In this document: positions 1 to 10,028 of the stretch, one piece after another
Layout: each line of letters begins with the position of its first letter
Position numbering within the stretch: position 1 is the stretch's first letter
Source: Thermodesulfobacteriota bacterium
Lineage (GTDB): Bacteria > Desulfobacterota > Desulfobacteria > Desulfobacterales > SURF-7
Direction of reading: 5' to 3'
Length of the DNA: 64,000 nt
NCBI GenBank assembly: GCA_049320885.1
Contig: JBMORA010000022.1
Span: 64,001-128,000, forward strand
Notes under the pieces: generated by a model
The model's input: the letters and a program-made list of their open reading frames with translations, nothing else
Told to the model about the DNA's origin: nothing
Database searches by the model: none
Program-made: the position numbers and the translations under genes

Positions 1-69
1 CATCCAGTTCCTCAAAGTCGCATAACACTTGCGGAAATCCCGCCCCGCCTCAATGCGAACCAGCCGGCA

Positions 70-2136
70 TCAGGTCTGTGAACTTCGGAGTTTATTCAAC
101 TCTTCGATAAATTGAAAATATTGGTCCGAGTAATCGGTGTTCAGCAGCCAGAGACAGTACTGCTTTTCGTAAGGAATCGACTGCTCTTCGGCAAACCGGA
201 CAGGATAAAGCAATAGGGGAATTCTATTCTGCCGATACAGTTCGGCCAGCCGGGCGACCGCGGACAGCAGAATTTCTCTGGGCACGTTCTGCCCATCCAT
301 GACAATGGCGGTGAGACAACTGGTGAGATCCGACAGGTTCAAGGCCACGTCCGTGATGTTGGCAATGATGACCGCCCGCAACTGGTTCTGATATTTCAAT
401 GAAAACAGACGCCGCTCCCGCTTCAGGCCTGCCTGATGATATGCCTCGGACAGATCATGGCGGTCGCCGAGTCCCGGCGTCAGATCAAGCCCCCTGATCA
501 TCAGCCCGCCGGAAACCGACCGATAGAAACAATCCAATTCCAGAAGATCATCCCGGGTGGTTTTATCCAATTTCCAGGGGCTGGGGAGATCCGGCCAAGG
601 TTTTTTTGTTTTTCGGAAGTGACCATAGGTGAACAGATCCAGCGAACATCCGTCGGGGTCCTTGATATGGCGGGCCGCGCCGCCGAAAACATGCTGGGGG
701 AATTGATTGTCGGGCCGGAAGTAGCACATGAGATAATCCATGTGACTGGAATGCAGGCGGTGAGACTCGAAGGTGAACTGTCCGACCTGGTCAAGGACCA
801 CCAGCCCCGCCCGGAGCAGGGAAGTGCTGCGGGCCGCATGATGATGAATCAGCCAGGTCTTCTCATAAAAGCGGAGCATGGACATATGGCCGCGGATCAC
901 CCCGTTTTCCTGGTAAATAAAATGTCGGGCGATGCCGGGATTCCGGATATACAGTTTCTGGTAGGCATCCTTGATGTTCTCTTTTTCCGGCCTCAGAAAG
1001 ACGTATTTCTTCGGATAAATGAACCCTGTATCAAAGAAGAACCGCCACAGATCATCCATGTCGACCTGATTGCAGACATATGCATTCCGGTTTTCCACCT
1101 GATGAAGCAGGGCCAGCAGTTTGAGATGATCGTCAAAATGAATGTCGAGAAACGCCAGGCCGCATTTAATGCCTTCCATTGCCCCGCCCTCGCCGGAAAC
1201 GGTTTTGCGGTAAACAACCTGGGCCTTTGCATGGATTGTCAAGCTGTTTGCAAAATTCAGCTCCAGATCGGGGATGACCATACCGGCGATCAGGACGGGA
1301 TTGTTGCGATCATCCTGCACGGAAAAACCCGAGCCCGCCAGATCGAGCACTTTCAATGTCGTTCTTTTGTGGGTAAAGGGATGTGAAAAGATCATGTCGG
1401 GGGACGGGGTCAGCTGGAATCTCCGGCTGCGGTATTCCTTGGGTTTGTACCGCTGGATCACCTGCTGGAGCGGCTCCAGAATAAAAGTGCCGTCGGTTCC
1501 CTCGACGGTTTGACGGGTGATGCGGCATTCGCCGGAATACAAATGGCCTTGACCATTTTGAATGATGACATTGACTTTTGTCTTGGGATTGATCCATTGA
1601 AAGGTTTTCATCGGCTCCGCGCTTAGATGCAGCTTGAAGGAATTCGCGCTGAAGTCGACAAGTCCGCCGCTATAGGAGACGCCGTTCTGAAGCAGTTGAA
1701 CGGTTACGTCATCACAGGCGTAGCGGTTGATTTTCCGGACATTGGTTTCAATGGCGCTTTCCGGTACGGGAAGGCAGATCCCCTTGCGGGTGATCCCCCG
1801 GGGCTGGGCTTCCATGGCGATCATCTTCCTGCCGTTGGTGATCACCAGGTTGTGAAAGCGGTAGGTTTCCAGGATGGTTTCCATTCGACCGAGATCGCTC
1901 CAGCGGCAGACAAGATAACCGCCCGTGCATGGCTGCGGGACGGCTTTCACGGTGACGGTGAGGTCGAATTTCGGATGGACAAAATTGATCAGAACTTCCC
2001 CATCCTGGAAATTGATGAAGTTCAGGCGATTGATCAGGGTGGTCCGGGAGATGGTTTTTTCGGCGATGTCCGCGGCCGTCGCTGTTGGCGCGTCGCTTTC
2101 CTTCTGCTGCTCGGAATCCCGTTCACGATAGTCCAT
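70..2136 (-). CDS. PilZ domain-containing protein with a possible GNAT-like C-terminal region
   Basis: 688-aa ORF with two PilZ-like motif pairs (RKINR...DFSANSF and RSRR...DLAGSGF), each followed by beta-rich segments. Confidence 0.7.
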   Translation of the reverse strand: MDYRERDSEQQKESDAPTATAADIAEKTISRTTLINRLNFINFQDGEVLINFVHPKFDLTVTVKAVPQPCTGGYLVCRWSDLGRMETILETYRFHNLVITNGRKMIAMEAQPRGITRKGICLPVPESAIETNVRKINRYACDDVTVQLLQNGVSYSGGLVDFSANSFKLHLSAEPMKTFQWINPKTKVNVIIQNGQGHLYSGECRITRQTVEGTDGTFILEPLQQVIQRYKPKEYRSRRFQLTPSPDMIFSHPFTHKRTTLKVLDLAGSGFSVQDDRNNPVLIAGMVIPDLELNFANSLTIHAKAQVVYRKTVSGEGGAMEGIKCGLAFLDIHFDDHLKLLALLHQVENRNAYVCNQVDMDDLWRFFFDTGFIYPKKYVFLRPEKENIKDAYQKLYIRNPGIARHFIYQENGVIRGHMSMLRFYEKTWLIHHHAARSTSLLRAGLVVLDQVGQFTFESHRLHSSHMDYLMCYFRPDNQFPQHVFGGAARHIKDPDGCSLDLFTYGHFRKTKKPWPDLPSPWKLDKTTRDDLLELDCFYRSVSGGLMIRGLDLTPGLGDRHDLSEAYHQAGLKRERRLFSLKYQNQLRAVIIANITDVALNLSDLTSCLTAIVMDGQNVPREILLSAVARLAELYRQNRIPLLLYPVRFAEEQSIPYEKQYCLWLLNTDYSDQYFQFIEELNKLRSSQT

Positions 2137-2301
2137 GGATTATCTCCGCGGCGAATTGCCGCATACCGGGTTCCGAGCCGAGGGCAGGACGCTGATCCGG
2201 AAGGCAACCAAGGGGATCAATGGTATGAATGGAAACAGCCATGGTGCAAATGAGGTACATTCTCTAGTTCCACCATCCAAGGTTGCCAATAGCCTATTAA
2301 A

Positions 2302-2314
2302 CCACTATATATTG
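2302..2314. promoter_or_regulatory. NrdR-box-like motif CCACTATATATTG
   Basis: Matches the core CWATATATWG of the NrdR consensus; an identical 13-mer is inverted at 13014-13026. Confidence 0.35.
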
Positions 2315-2500
2315 AGCCCTACGTAGTACGGAATGTCTTGGCTGTCAATGCCAAAGCGTACCATCTGGTTTCCTATGCAAATCTCATGCAAGACGATATA
2401 TAATAAAAAACTGATACAAATTAAATAGTTAAAATTATATGTGGCATATCTGCCCTTCCGATTGTGAAAGGAACTACCCAGATGGTAGGTGGTATGAGAG

Positions 2501-4237
2501 CTATCGCGGGGGCGAGTGCCGACGAAAGTGTGGTTTCTGCCGGGATTTTGTCCGGGGTCCTAGGAGAATTTCCTTCTGGGATTGTTTCCGGGCGCTGTTT
2601 TTTTCCACGAAAAGGGGTTCCCCGCTGAAGGGGTCCATTTCGGTGTGGTACATCAGGCTGGAGAAGGTGGATGGGGCGGGGGTGAAGATTTGGATCTGTT
2701 CCGGATGAATCTTCAGTTCCTGGCTGGAAAAACACTGCAAACGCCGCATATCCTGCGCCCGGCAGCCGGGGTGGGCCGCCATCAGGTAATATGTCAGAAA
2801 CTGGGATTTGGCGGCGAGGCGATTCAGGTTGACGAAGCGTTTTCTGAATTCCACCAGTTTTTCGATCTCCGGCTTGCCCATCAGGCTCAGGACATTCCTT
2901 TCCGAGTGCTCGGGGGCCACCTTGAGCTGCCCGGAAATATGATGCCGGACAATTTCGCGCAGATAGGTGTCGCCATTGCTTCTGTCCGCGATGACAAGAT
3001 CATGGCGGAGACCCGATGCCACGAAAACCTGCTTGATGTTCGGTATGCTTCGCAGGTTGTTCAGCAAATCCAGCTGTTTTTTATGATCAACGCGCAGGTG
3101 GGGACAGATGTCCGGATACAGACATCTTCTGTCGCGGCAACTACCCCGGGTCTTTTTCAGGGAGCATTCGATTCCATACATGTTGGCCGTGGGGCCGCCA
3201 ATATCCAGAATCCGGCCCCTGAAGTCCGGTAACTTGGTCAGGAGGCGCGCCTCGGTCAGAATGGACTCCGGGCTTCTCCAGCGGACCGTCCTGCCCTGAT
3301 GGACGGCGATGGCGCAGAAATTACATTCCCCATAGCATCCCTGGTGGGTTGGGATTGAGAAGCGGATGGTTTCAATGGCTTTTACGGTCCCCTGGCTACG
3401 ATGAGACGGATGGGCGTCCCGCTCAAACTCCAGGTCGTAACCGGCATCGAGTTCCTCCCGGGTAAGATAGGCGGCGGGAGGGTTTTGGATCAGATAGCGG
3501 TTGTCCTGGCGCTGGCAAAGACCTTTTGCCGTCAGGGGGTCGCTATTGGCGTAAAAGGTTTTGAACATGTCGATGAAGGCCTGTTTATCCATGGCCGTTT
3601 GCTCGAAGGAAGGCAGCTCGATATAATCATGGCGTTTTTCCCTGGAAATGCGACAGATGCCCGGAAGATGATCCGGCGCACTGCCGGATCGAATTCCGCG
3701 GGCAAGGTCCAGGACGGTTTTCTCGCCCATGCCGTAAACCAGATAGTCGGCCTTGGCGTCGAACAGAATCGATCGCCGGACTTCATTGGACCAGAAGTCA
3801 TAGTGCGCCAGCCGGCGCAGGCTGGCTTCGATGCCGCCGAGCACGATGGGTTTGGTGTTCTTGAAGTAGCGGCGGATGAGATTCGAATAGACGATGACGG
3901 CCCTGTCCGGCCTTTTTCCATTCAAGCCGCCGGGAGTGTAATCGTCGGTTTTCCTGAATTTCCTGCCGGCGGTATAATTGGCGACCATGGAATCCACGCT
4001 GCCGCCGGATACCCCCCAGAACAGTTCCGGCTCTCCCAGGCGGCGGATGTCTTTGTCGGAATGAATGTCCGGCTGGGGAATGACGCCGACACGGAAACCG
4101 GCATTCAGCAGGATCTTGCCGATCACCGCGACGCCGATATAGGGGCTGTCTATATAGGCGTCGCCGGTGACCAGGATGATATCCGGAACCCGCCAGCCCA
4201 AAGCCTGCATTTCCTCGCGGGAGGTCGGCAGGAACAT
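2501..4237 (-). CDS. YgiQ/UPF0313 family radical SAM protein
   Basis: N-terminus FLPTSREEM, VTGDAYIDSP, DDYTPGG..RPDRA and CYGECNFC radical SAM motif. Confidence 0.93.
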   Translation of the reverse strand: MFLPTSREEMQALGWRVPDIILVTGDAYIDSPYIGVAVIGKILLNAGFRVGVIPQPDIHSDKDIRRLGEPELFWGVSGGSVDSMVANYTAGRKFRKTDDYTPGGLNGKRPDRAVIVYSNLIRRYFKNTKPIVLGGIEASLRRLAHYDFWSNEVRRSILFDAKADYLVYGMGEKTVLDLARGIRSGSAPDHLPGICRISREKRHDYIELPSFEQTAMDKQAFIDMFKTFYANSDPLTAKGLCQRQDNRYLIQNPPAAYLTREELDAGYDLEFERDAHPSHRSQGTVKAIETIRFSIPTHQGCYGECNFCAIAVHQGRTVRWRSPESILTEARLLTKLPDFRGRILDIGGPTANMYGIECSLKKTRGSCRDRRCLYPDICPHLRVDHKKQLDLLNNLRSIPNIKQVFVASGLRHDLVIADRSNGDTYLREIVRHHISGQLKVAPEHSERNVLSLMGKPEIEKLVEFRKRFVNLNRLAAKSQFLTYYLMAAHPGCRAQDMRRLQCFSSQELKIHPEQIQIFTPAPSTFSSLMYHTEMDPFSGEPLFVEKNSARKQSQKEILLGPRTKSRQKPHFRRHSPPR

Positions 4238-4243
4238 GGGCGG

Positions 4244-4948
4244 CTACTCTTCTTCGTCGGTATCGTCAGCCCCATGCCCATCCCCTGAAGAAATCTCGGC
4301 GGCGTCCTCCGCCTTCCGGCTCACGGATTCGGGGTCGCCGAAATAGGTGATGGATGAGGCGCCGTCCGCCACCGCTTCCAGTTTTCGGATTGCGTGCACG
4401 GTCGCTTCGCTGGCTTCCAGGACTTTTATTTGTACGGTTTCCGCCAGCAGCTGCCGGGCCTTCAACTCCGTGCTGCCGGATAACGAGACTTGGAAAAGTC
4501 CGGTTTTCCCGCTGACGGATATATCGCTTGCGCCTTCGGCTGTCAGATTGAATCGGCGGTTGGCGATGCCGGTGATGACCATGTCCGTGGAACCGCCGAC
4601 CTCAACCTGCTGGATATCCGGCAGGGTGACGGTCACCAGAAGATCGGATTTTGTGCAGATGGATCGATTCGTATCGATTGTCAGGACAGCTGCATCGACC
4701 CGGGTGGTGATGAAAGGCAGCAGGTTGGAATCGGCCGTGACCTTGACGGACTGCGGTTTCCCGCAGGTAATGCGAAGGTCGAAGGCGCCGTCGATGGCGA
4801 TTCCGGTGAAGGATGGCAGATTTCTTGTTTCGCTGCTGATTTTCCCGTTTCCTTCCGTGCAGCCGGAAGTGGCTCCCGATGCGGGGGCGGCAGCGAGGAT
4901 AAGCATCAGGACAAGCAGCAGGCCTTCAAGCGGTCGATGATTTTTCAT
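4244..4948 (-). CDS. Secreted head GIN domain (DUF2807) protein
   Basis: Signal peptide, GNGKISSETRNLPSF, repetitive SG/GS beta-solenoid and terminal ITYFGDP. Confidence 0.85.
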   Translation of the reverse strand: MKNHRPLEGLLLVLMLILAAAPASGATSGCTEGNGKISSETRNLPSFTGIAIDGAFDLRITCGKPQSVKVTADSNLLPFITTRVDAAVLTIDTNRSICTKSDLLVTVTLPDIQQVEVGGSTDMVITGIANRRFNLTAEGASDISVSGKTGLFQVSLSGSTELKARQLLAETVQIKVLEASEATVHAIRKLEAVADGASSITYFGDPESVSRKAEDAAEISSGDGHGADDTDEEE

Positions 4949-5261
4949 GGATTCTCCTTATTTCTCAAAGCGATTTTCCTTCATACCATGGCGGTTGGAA
5001 CGCGATTTGCGGAAACAGCGCAGCAAGTGAGCCAGCATACCCATTCCGCTGGAGATTTCCAAGAGATTTTTCCGTCTGTGGAAAGCCTTGTCCATGCGGG
5101 GCTGATGAATTCCGGCGGGACATGACCGGGGCGCTGTCCCCGGTGAAATCCGATCAGGCTATGGCCTCTTTTGCCTTGACTTGTCAGCCGGGTCGGGTAC
5201 ATATATTCCTGCATCCGGCTTTTGGTGAAGGGAAACTGACTATGCGGGAGAAAAGGGGCGC

Positions 5262-5849
5262 ATGAACATCCTGTCGATATACGGAAGTCCCCGAAGAAAC
5301 GGCAATACTTCGACCCTGCTGGCGGAAGCGGTTCGGGGGGCGAGGCAAAAAGGAGCCCGGGTGGATGAAATCGTCCTGCGGGATTTGAAAATGTCGCCCT
5401 GTCTCGAAATCTATGGATGCATGAAGACCGGTCGTTGCGTCATGCAGGACGATTTCCAGCAGATATATGACCGGCTGCTTGCCTGTGACGGGCTGATGCT
5501 GGCGTCGCCCATCTTTTTCTATTCCGTCAGCGCCCATACCAAAATACTCATGGATCGCTGCCAGTCCCTGTGGGTGAAAAAATACTGGATGGAAAAAACG
5601 TCGAATCAGCAGCAAGCCGAAAGAAGGCGTCCCGGCTTGTTCATTTCCGTCGGCGCCACCAAAGGGAAAAAATTGTTCGACGGCACCTTGCTGAGTCTCC
5701 GTTATTTTTTTGACGTTTTGGATATGGATGTCTGGAAAACCCTATTATACCGGGGGCTTGATTTGGCAGAAGAGGTTCATGGCCATCCGGAGTATCTTCA
5801 AGAAGCCTACGACGCCGGGGCCGCGATGGCGGATGCCATCTTGATATGA
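5262..5849 (+). CDS. Flavodoxin-fold protein (iron-sulfur flavoprotein / NADPH-dependent FMN reductase family)
   Basis: GSPRRNGNT FMN loop, PCLEIYGCMKTGRC, LASPIFF and MDRCQ. Confidence 0.88.
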   Translation: MNILSIYGSPRRNGNTSTLLAEAVRGARQKGARVDEIVLRDLKMSPCLEIYGCMKTGRCVMQDDFQQIYDRLLACDGLMLASPIFFYSVSAHTKILMDRCQSLWVKKYWMEKTSNQQQAERRRPGLFISVGATKGKKLFDGTLLSLRYFFDVLDMDVWKTLLYRGLDLAEEVHGHPEYLQEAYDAGAAMADAILI

Positions 5850-5871
5850 GTCGGAGAGGAGTTGAGGAAAT

Positions 5872-6267
5872 ATGGACCGGGTGGATTATCATGCCGTATT
5901 CAATCCTGGGCAGTTGAGCGACCTGTTTCCGCGCCAGCGGACCGACCGGTTTTTTGAGGCGCTTTACGGCGACGCCGGGGAGGGCGCCTATGACATCGTC
6001 CTGGTTTTCCGGGAATTCAACCAGGGCCGGCTCCATTTCGAATTCCATCTGAAACGGCGCGGTGGAAAATGTCTGGCCTGCAACCTGACATACGGGCTGC
6101 CGGCTGTTTTCCTGCGTCATCCGGTCATCGATCTGAAAGGATTGGTCAATGACATCTGCAAGCTGGCGGACGCTAACGGACATTGCGCCGACTTCCAGCT
6201 TGGAGCGACACGGGAGGTTTCCCCCAGTCTCCATATCGTACCCCTGAGCATCCAAATCGCTTCCTGA
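5872..6267 (+). CDS. Conserved hypothetical protein with CxxC
   Basis: 131-aa ORF with GAGG RBS; FFEALYGDAGEGAYDI and KCLACNLTYGLP motifs recalled from deltaproteobacterial hypotheticals. Confidence 0.7.
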   Translation: MDRVDYHAVFNPGQLSDLFPRQRTDRFFEALYGDAGEGAYDIVLVFREFNQGRLHFEFHLKRRGGKCLACNLTYGLPAVFLRHPVIDLKGLVNDICKLADANGHCADFQLGATREVSPSLHIVPLSIQIAS

Positions 6268-6474
6268 TTTTCCTCCGCCACCGCCTTTTCCCTCTTTGCA
6301 TTCGTTTTTAAAGCGTTTTTCCGCGTTTTTCCGTATGGACAAATGCTTTCCCATGGTAAGCAACCCCAGCAAAATCGATCAATTATCGATCAACCCACTT
6401 TAAACCACCTTCGCCACTTTATATTTAACTTTTACGAATCATTAAAAATTATTTCTAAAAAAATATTTTTTTCC

Positions 6475-6537
6475 TTGACACATTCCTAAAATAATGTTGT
6501 TTTATGCCATAAAGTGGAATTAAGTGGTAGATTATGG
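6475..6537 (+). promoter_or_regulatory. dcw promoter region with MraZ-binding repeats
   Basis: TTGACA at 6475-6480; GTGG/GTGG/ATGG at 6514, 6524 and 6534 (10-bp period) directly upstream of mraZ. Confidence 0.75.
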
Positions 6538-6543
6538 TGAACC

Positions 6544-6990
6544 ATGTTTCGCGGCAGTTCCTTTCATAATCTCGATCCCAAGGGGCGTTTTGTGATCCCG
6601 TCCCGCTTCCGTGATGTGATCCGTAACGGCGGCGCGGATGGGGTGATGATGACCCGGATGGATGCGAGTTTGTTCGCCTATCCCTTTGAAGAATGGAAAA
6701 AGATCGAGGCGAAGGTGCTGTCGCTTACCGAAAAAAGCGACACCATGCGCCGGTTCCGGCGGATTTTTCTAGGGGGTGCCTCGGATTGTTATTGCGACAA
6801 GCAAGGACGTATCCTGGTGCCGCCGGCGTTGCGGCAATATGCGGCCCTGGACAAGGAAATCGTTTTGGTGGGGGTTTTGGATCATTTTGAAATCTGGTCC
6901 CGCGAGCGCTGGGATAAAGAAAATCTGCAAATGGAAGAAGACATGATCAAAGAGGAGGTCAGAAACGAAATCGCCAAGTTAGGGTTATAG
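6544..6990 (+). CDS. mraZ: Division/cell wall cluster repressor MraZ
   Basis: DPKGR and DKQGR motifs; first gene of the dcw cluster. Confidence 0.98.
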   Translation: MFRGSSFHNLDPKGRFVIPSRFRDVIRNGGADGVMMTRMDASLFAYPFEEWKKIEAKVLSLTEKSDTMRRFRRIFLGGASDCYCDKQGRILVPPALRQYAALDKEIVLVGVLDHFEIWSRERWDKENLQMEEDMIKEEVRNEIAKLGL

Positions 6991-6993
6991 GTC

Positions 6994-7947
6994 ATGCCGT
7001 ATCAACATGTATCGGTGATGCCGGGGGAAACGATCGACCTGCTGAACTGCAGGCCGGGGAAGGTCTATGTGGACGGGACCATCGGCGGTGCCGGGCATGC
7101 CCGATTGATCCTTGAAAGAATCGTTCCGGGCGGGCTGTTGATCGGCATGGATCAAGATGCGGAAGCAATTGAAAATGCACAGGTTGTTCTGGGTTCCTAC
7201 GCGGAGAATCTGCGTTTGTTCCAGGGCAATTTCGTCACCCTGCCCACTGTTCTGTCGCAACTGAATCTGGCGGCAGTGGACGGGATCCTCCTTGATGTAG
7301 GTCTTTCTCTCCATCAGCTCGAAAAAAGCGGTCGTGGTTTCAGTTTCCGGAAGGATGAGCCTCTGGACATGCGCATGGATTGCCGGTCCGGCGTCCGTGC
7401 GGCGGATTTGATCAATTCCATGCCGGAATCCGATCTGGTGATGATCCTCAGGGCCTACGGCGAAGAGCCGCGGGCTTCCCGGATTGCGCGTCGGATTGTC
7501 GCGGAGCGCGACAGGCAACCCATCCGGTCCAGCAAGATGCTGGCGGACATCATCTGTCGGGCCCTGCCTCCCAAGGAGCGGCATGGACGGAAGACTCATC
7601 CGGCCACTCGTTCCTTCATGGCCCTGCGGATCGCCGTGAACAAGGAACTGGAGCGCCTGGATGAATTTCTGGCCGACGTTCCCCGAATGCTGAACCCCGC
7701 GGGGAGAATATGTGTGCTGACATTTCATTCCCTTGAGGATCGGATTGTGAAGAATCGGTTCAAGGGATTTTCGAATCCCTGTGGTTGTCCCAAGGAGTTG
7801 CCCAGGTGCATATGCGGTCGGAAGCCGCTGTTGCAAATCGTCACCCGCAGGGCCTTGATTCCATCGGCGGCGGAAATCGCGGCCAACCCTTTATCCCGCA
7901 GCGCCAAACTGAGGGCGGCTGAAAAATGCGGGGAGCAAGGTTGTTGA
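6994..7947 (+). CDS. rsmH: 16S rRNA m4C1402 methyltransferase
   Basis: HVSVM, DGTIGGAGH, PLDMRM, FHSLEDRIVK and RSAKLR. Confidence 0.98.
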   Translation: MPYQHVSVMPGETIDLLNCRPGKVYVDGTIGGAGHARLILERIVPGGLLIGMDQDAEAIENAQVVLGSYAENLRLFQGNFVTLPTVLSQLNLAAVDGILLDVGLSLHQLEKSGRGFSFRKDEPLDMRMDCRSGVRAADLINSMPESDLVMILRAYGEEPRASRIARRIVAERDRQPIRSSKMLADIICRALPPKERHGRKTHPATRSFMALRIAVNKELERLDEFLADVPRMLNPAGRICVLTFHSLEDRIVKNRFKGFSNPCGCPKELPRCICGRKPLLQIVTRRALIPSAAEIAANPLSRSAKLRAAEKCGEQGC

Positions 7948-7950
7948 CCG

Positions 7951-8247
7951 ATGCCCGCCAGGTATAACTCATATATTCGTCCAAGGAAGCAGGTATGGAC
8001 GTGGATTGCGCTGCTGCTGCTGCTGATCGTGGAGCTTTTCGGGTACACCTGGTGTCGGGTGCAGTGCATCGGTATCGGGTATGAAATTGCGGGGGAGACG
8101 CAGAATCATCAGAAGTTACTGAAATGGCAAAAGCATTTGATGGTGGAGCTGGCAAGGCTGAAATCCCCGGATCGGGTGGTGCGGATCGCCAAAACCAAGC
8201 TCAATCTGGTCATGCCTGATCCCAAACAGATTGTTGTCATTCAATGA
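7951..8247 (+). CDS. ftsL: Cell division protein FtsL
   Basis: Single TM helix plus coiled coil ending LKSPDRV; lies between rsmH and ftsI. Confidence 0.85.
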   Translation: MPARYNSYIRPRKQVWTWIALLLLLIVELFGYTWCRVQCIGIGYEIAGETQNHQKLLKWQKHLMVELARLKSPDRVVRIAKTKLNLVMPDPKQIVVIQ

Positions 8248-10028
8248 AGCGAATGAAGCAAAAACACACGCGGGACAAACGGGAAAAGAAACCGCCGGGA
8301 CACAGATGGCGCATGATTCTGGTGGGGGTTTTCCTGACGCTTTTGTACGGAGGCGTGGGCGCCAGGGCCGTATTCCTGCATGTGGTCCAGGGGCCCTGGT
8401 GGTCCCAGAAGGCCGCCAGACAATATCAACGGGCAAAAGTGACCCACGGCAAGCGCGGGACGATTTATGACACCCGCATGCGGGAAATGGCGGTCAGCAT
8501 CGATACGACCTCCATCGCCGCTTTTCCGGGTTCGGTGGTCAATCCCCAGGCCACGGCCATGGCGCTTTCCAAGGTTTTGAAGCTCAATCCGGCCAGCCTG
8601 AAGCGGAAGCTGACCGCGAAAGGGCCCTTTGTTTGGATCAAGCGGGATGTTGCGCCCAAGGACGTGGCGGCGGTCAAGGCCTTGTCCCTGGCCGGGATTG
8701 AATTTCTTCCGGAACACGCGCGGGTGTATCCGAATCGCACCCTGGCCGCGCAATTGATCGGCTTTTCGGGCATCGACGGTGTGGGGCTCGAGGGGCTTGA
8801 ATTTTTTTATAACGATCATTTGAAGGGGAATAAAGTCAAGCAGATCGTGATGACGGATGCCTTGGGCCGCGGCTTCGACGCAGAAAAACAGATCATGGCC
8901 AACTATTCGGGCGGAAATCTGATCCTCACCGTGGATCGCAATGTCCAATATATTGCGGAAACCGCCCTGGCCGAGGCCGCCACAACCAACCGCGCCCGGT
9001 CCGGTATCGCCGTGGTCATGTTGCCGAAAACCGGGGCCATCCTGGCCATGGCGCATTATCCGTTTTTCAACCCGAATTCCTTTGAGGATTACAAACGGGA
9101 CCAGTGGCGGAACCGGGCCATCACCGACCCGTTCGAACCCGGTTCGACCATGAAAATTTTCATGGCGGCCGGAGCCATTGACGCCGGCATTTGTACTCCG
9201 AATACGATTTTTTATTGCGAGGACGGGCGGTATCGCATCGGCCGCAACACCATTCATGACACCCATCCGCACGAATGGTTGACTCTGCTGGAAATCGTTA
9301 AATATTCCAGCAATATCGGAACAGTCAAAGTGGCCGAAGCCATCGGCAGGGACCTCCTGCACGCCAACCTGAAAGCCTTTGGATTCGGTGAGAAAACTGG
9401 AATCGACTGCCCGGGGGAAACCCCCGGTCTGTTGTCTTCCCCATCGCGGTGGACCCGGATCGATATGGCGGCGATTTCCTTCGGGCAAGGCGTATCCGTA
9501 TCGGCGGTCCAACTGGTCGCGGCCACCGCGGCCATTGCCAACGACGGTGTGTTGATGGCACCGCGGATCGTAAAGGCGTTGACGGACAACAACGGAAGGC
9601 TGATTCAATCCTTCGAGCCCCGGAAGGTCAGGGATGTGATTTCCCCGGTGTCGGCCCGGACCATCCGGTCCATCATGAACAGCGTCACCACGGAAGGCGG
9701 AACCGGCGTCAATGCGGCCATCGACGGGTATTCCGTTTGTGGCAAGACCGGGACGGCCCAGAAAATCGATGAGTCCGGAAGATACGCCAGGGGCAAATAC
9801 ATTTCCTCGTTTATCGGATTCGCTCCGTGTGAAAGTCCGGAAATCGTCGTGCTGGTGATACTGGACGAACCCAGGGAAAAGCATTACGGCGGCCTGGTGG
9901 CCGCGCCGGCTTTCAGCAGGATCGTGCGGGAAACATTGAACTATATGAACATTACACCGGAGGAAAACCTCCAGCCCGACTGGAATCGAAAAATGACGCT
10001 GGCCAAGGTGACGGATACCAAGAAATGA
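8244..10028 (+). CDS. ftsI: Class B penicillin-binding protein (PBP3)
   Basis: RGTIYD, EPGSTMK (SxxK), SSN (SxN) and KTGTAQK. Confidence 0.95.
   Translation: MKRMKQKHTRDKREKKPPGHRWRMILVGVFLTLLYGGVGARAVFLHVVQGPWWSQKAARQYQRAKVTHGKRGTIYDTRMREMAVSIDTTSIAAFPGSVVNPQATAMALSKVLKLNPASLKRKLTAKGPFVWIKRDVAPKDVAAVKALSLAGIEFLPEHARVYPNRTLAAQLIGFSGIDGVGLEGLEFFYNDHLKGNKVKQIVMTDALGRGFDAEKQIMANYSGGNLILTVDRNVQYIAETALAEAATTNRARSGIAVVMLPKTGAILAMAHYPFFNPNSFEDYKRDQWRNRAITDPFEPGSTMKIFMAAGAIDAGICTPNTIFYCEDGRYRIGRNTIHDTHPHEWLTLLEIVKYSSNIGTVKVAEAIGRDLLHANLKAFGFGEKTGIDCPGETPGLLSSPSRWTRIDMAAISFGQGVSVSAVQLVAATAAIANDGVLMAPRIVKALTDNNGRLIQSFEPRKVRDVISPVSARTIRSIMNSVTTEGGTGVNAAIDGYSVCGKTGTAQKIDESGRYARGKYISSFIGFAPCESPEIVVLVILDEPREKHYGGLVAAPAFSRIVRETLNYMNITPEENLQPDWNRKMTLAKVTDTKK

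Noticed and set aside
2350..2392. Sigma-54 promoter for the PilZ gene
   Set aside because: Candidates either lack the GG at -24 or have the wrong GG-GC spacing.
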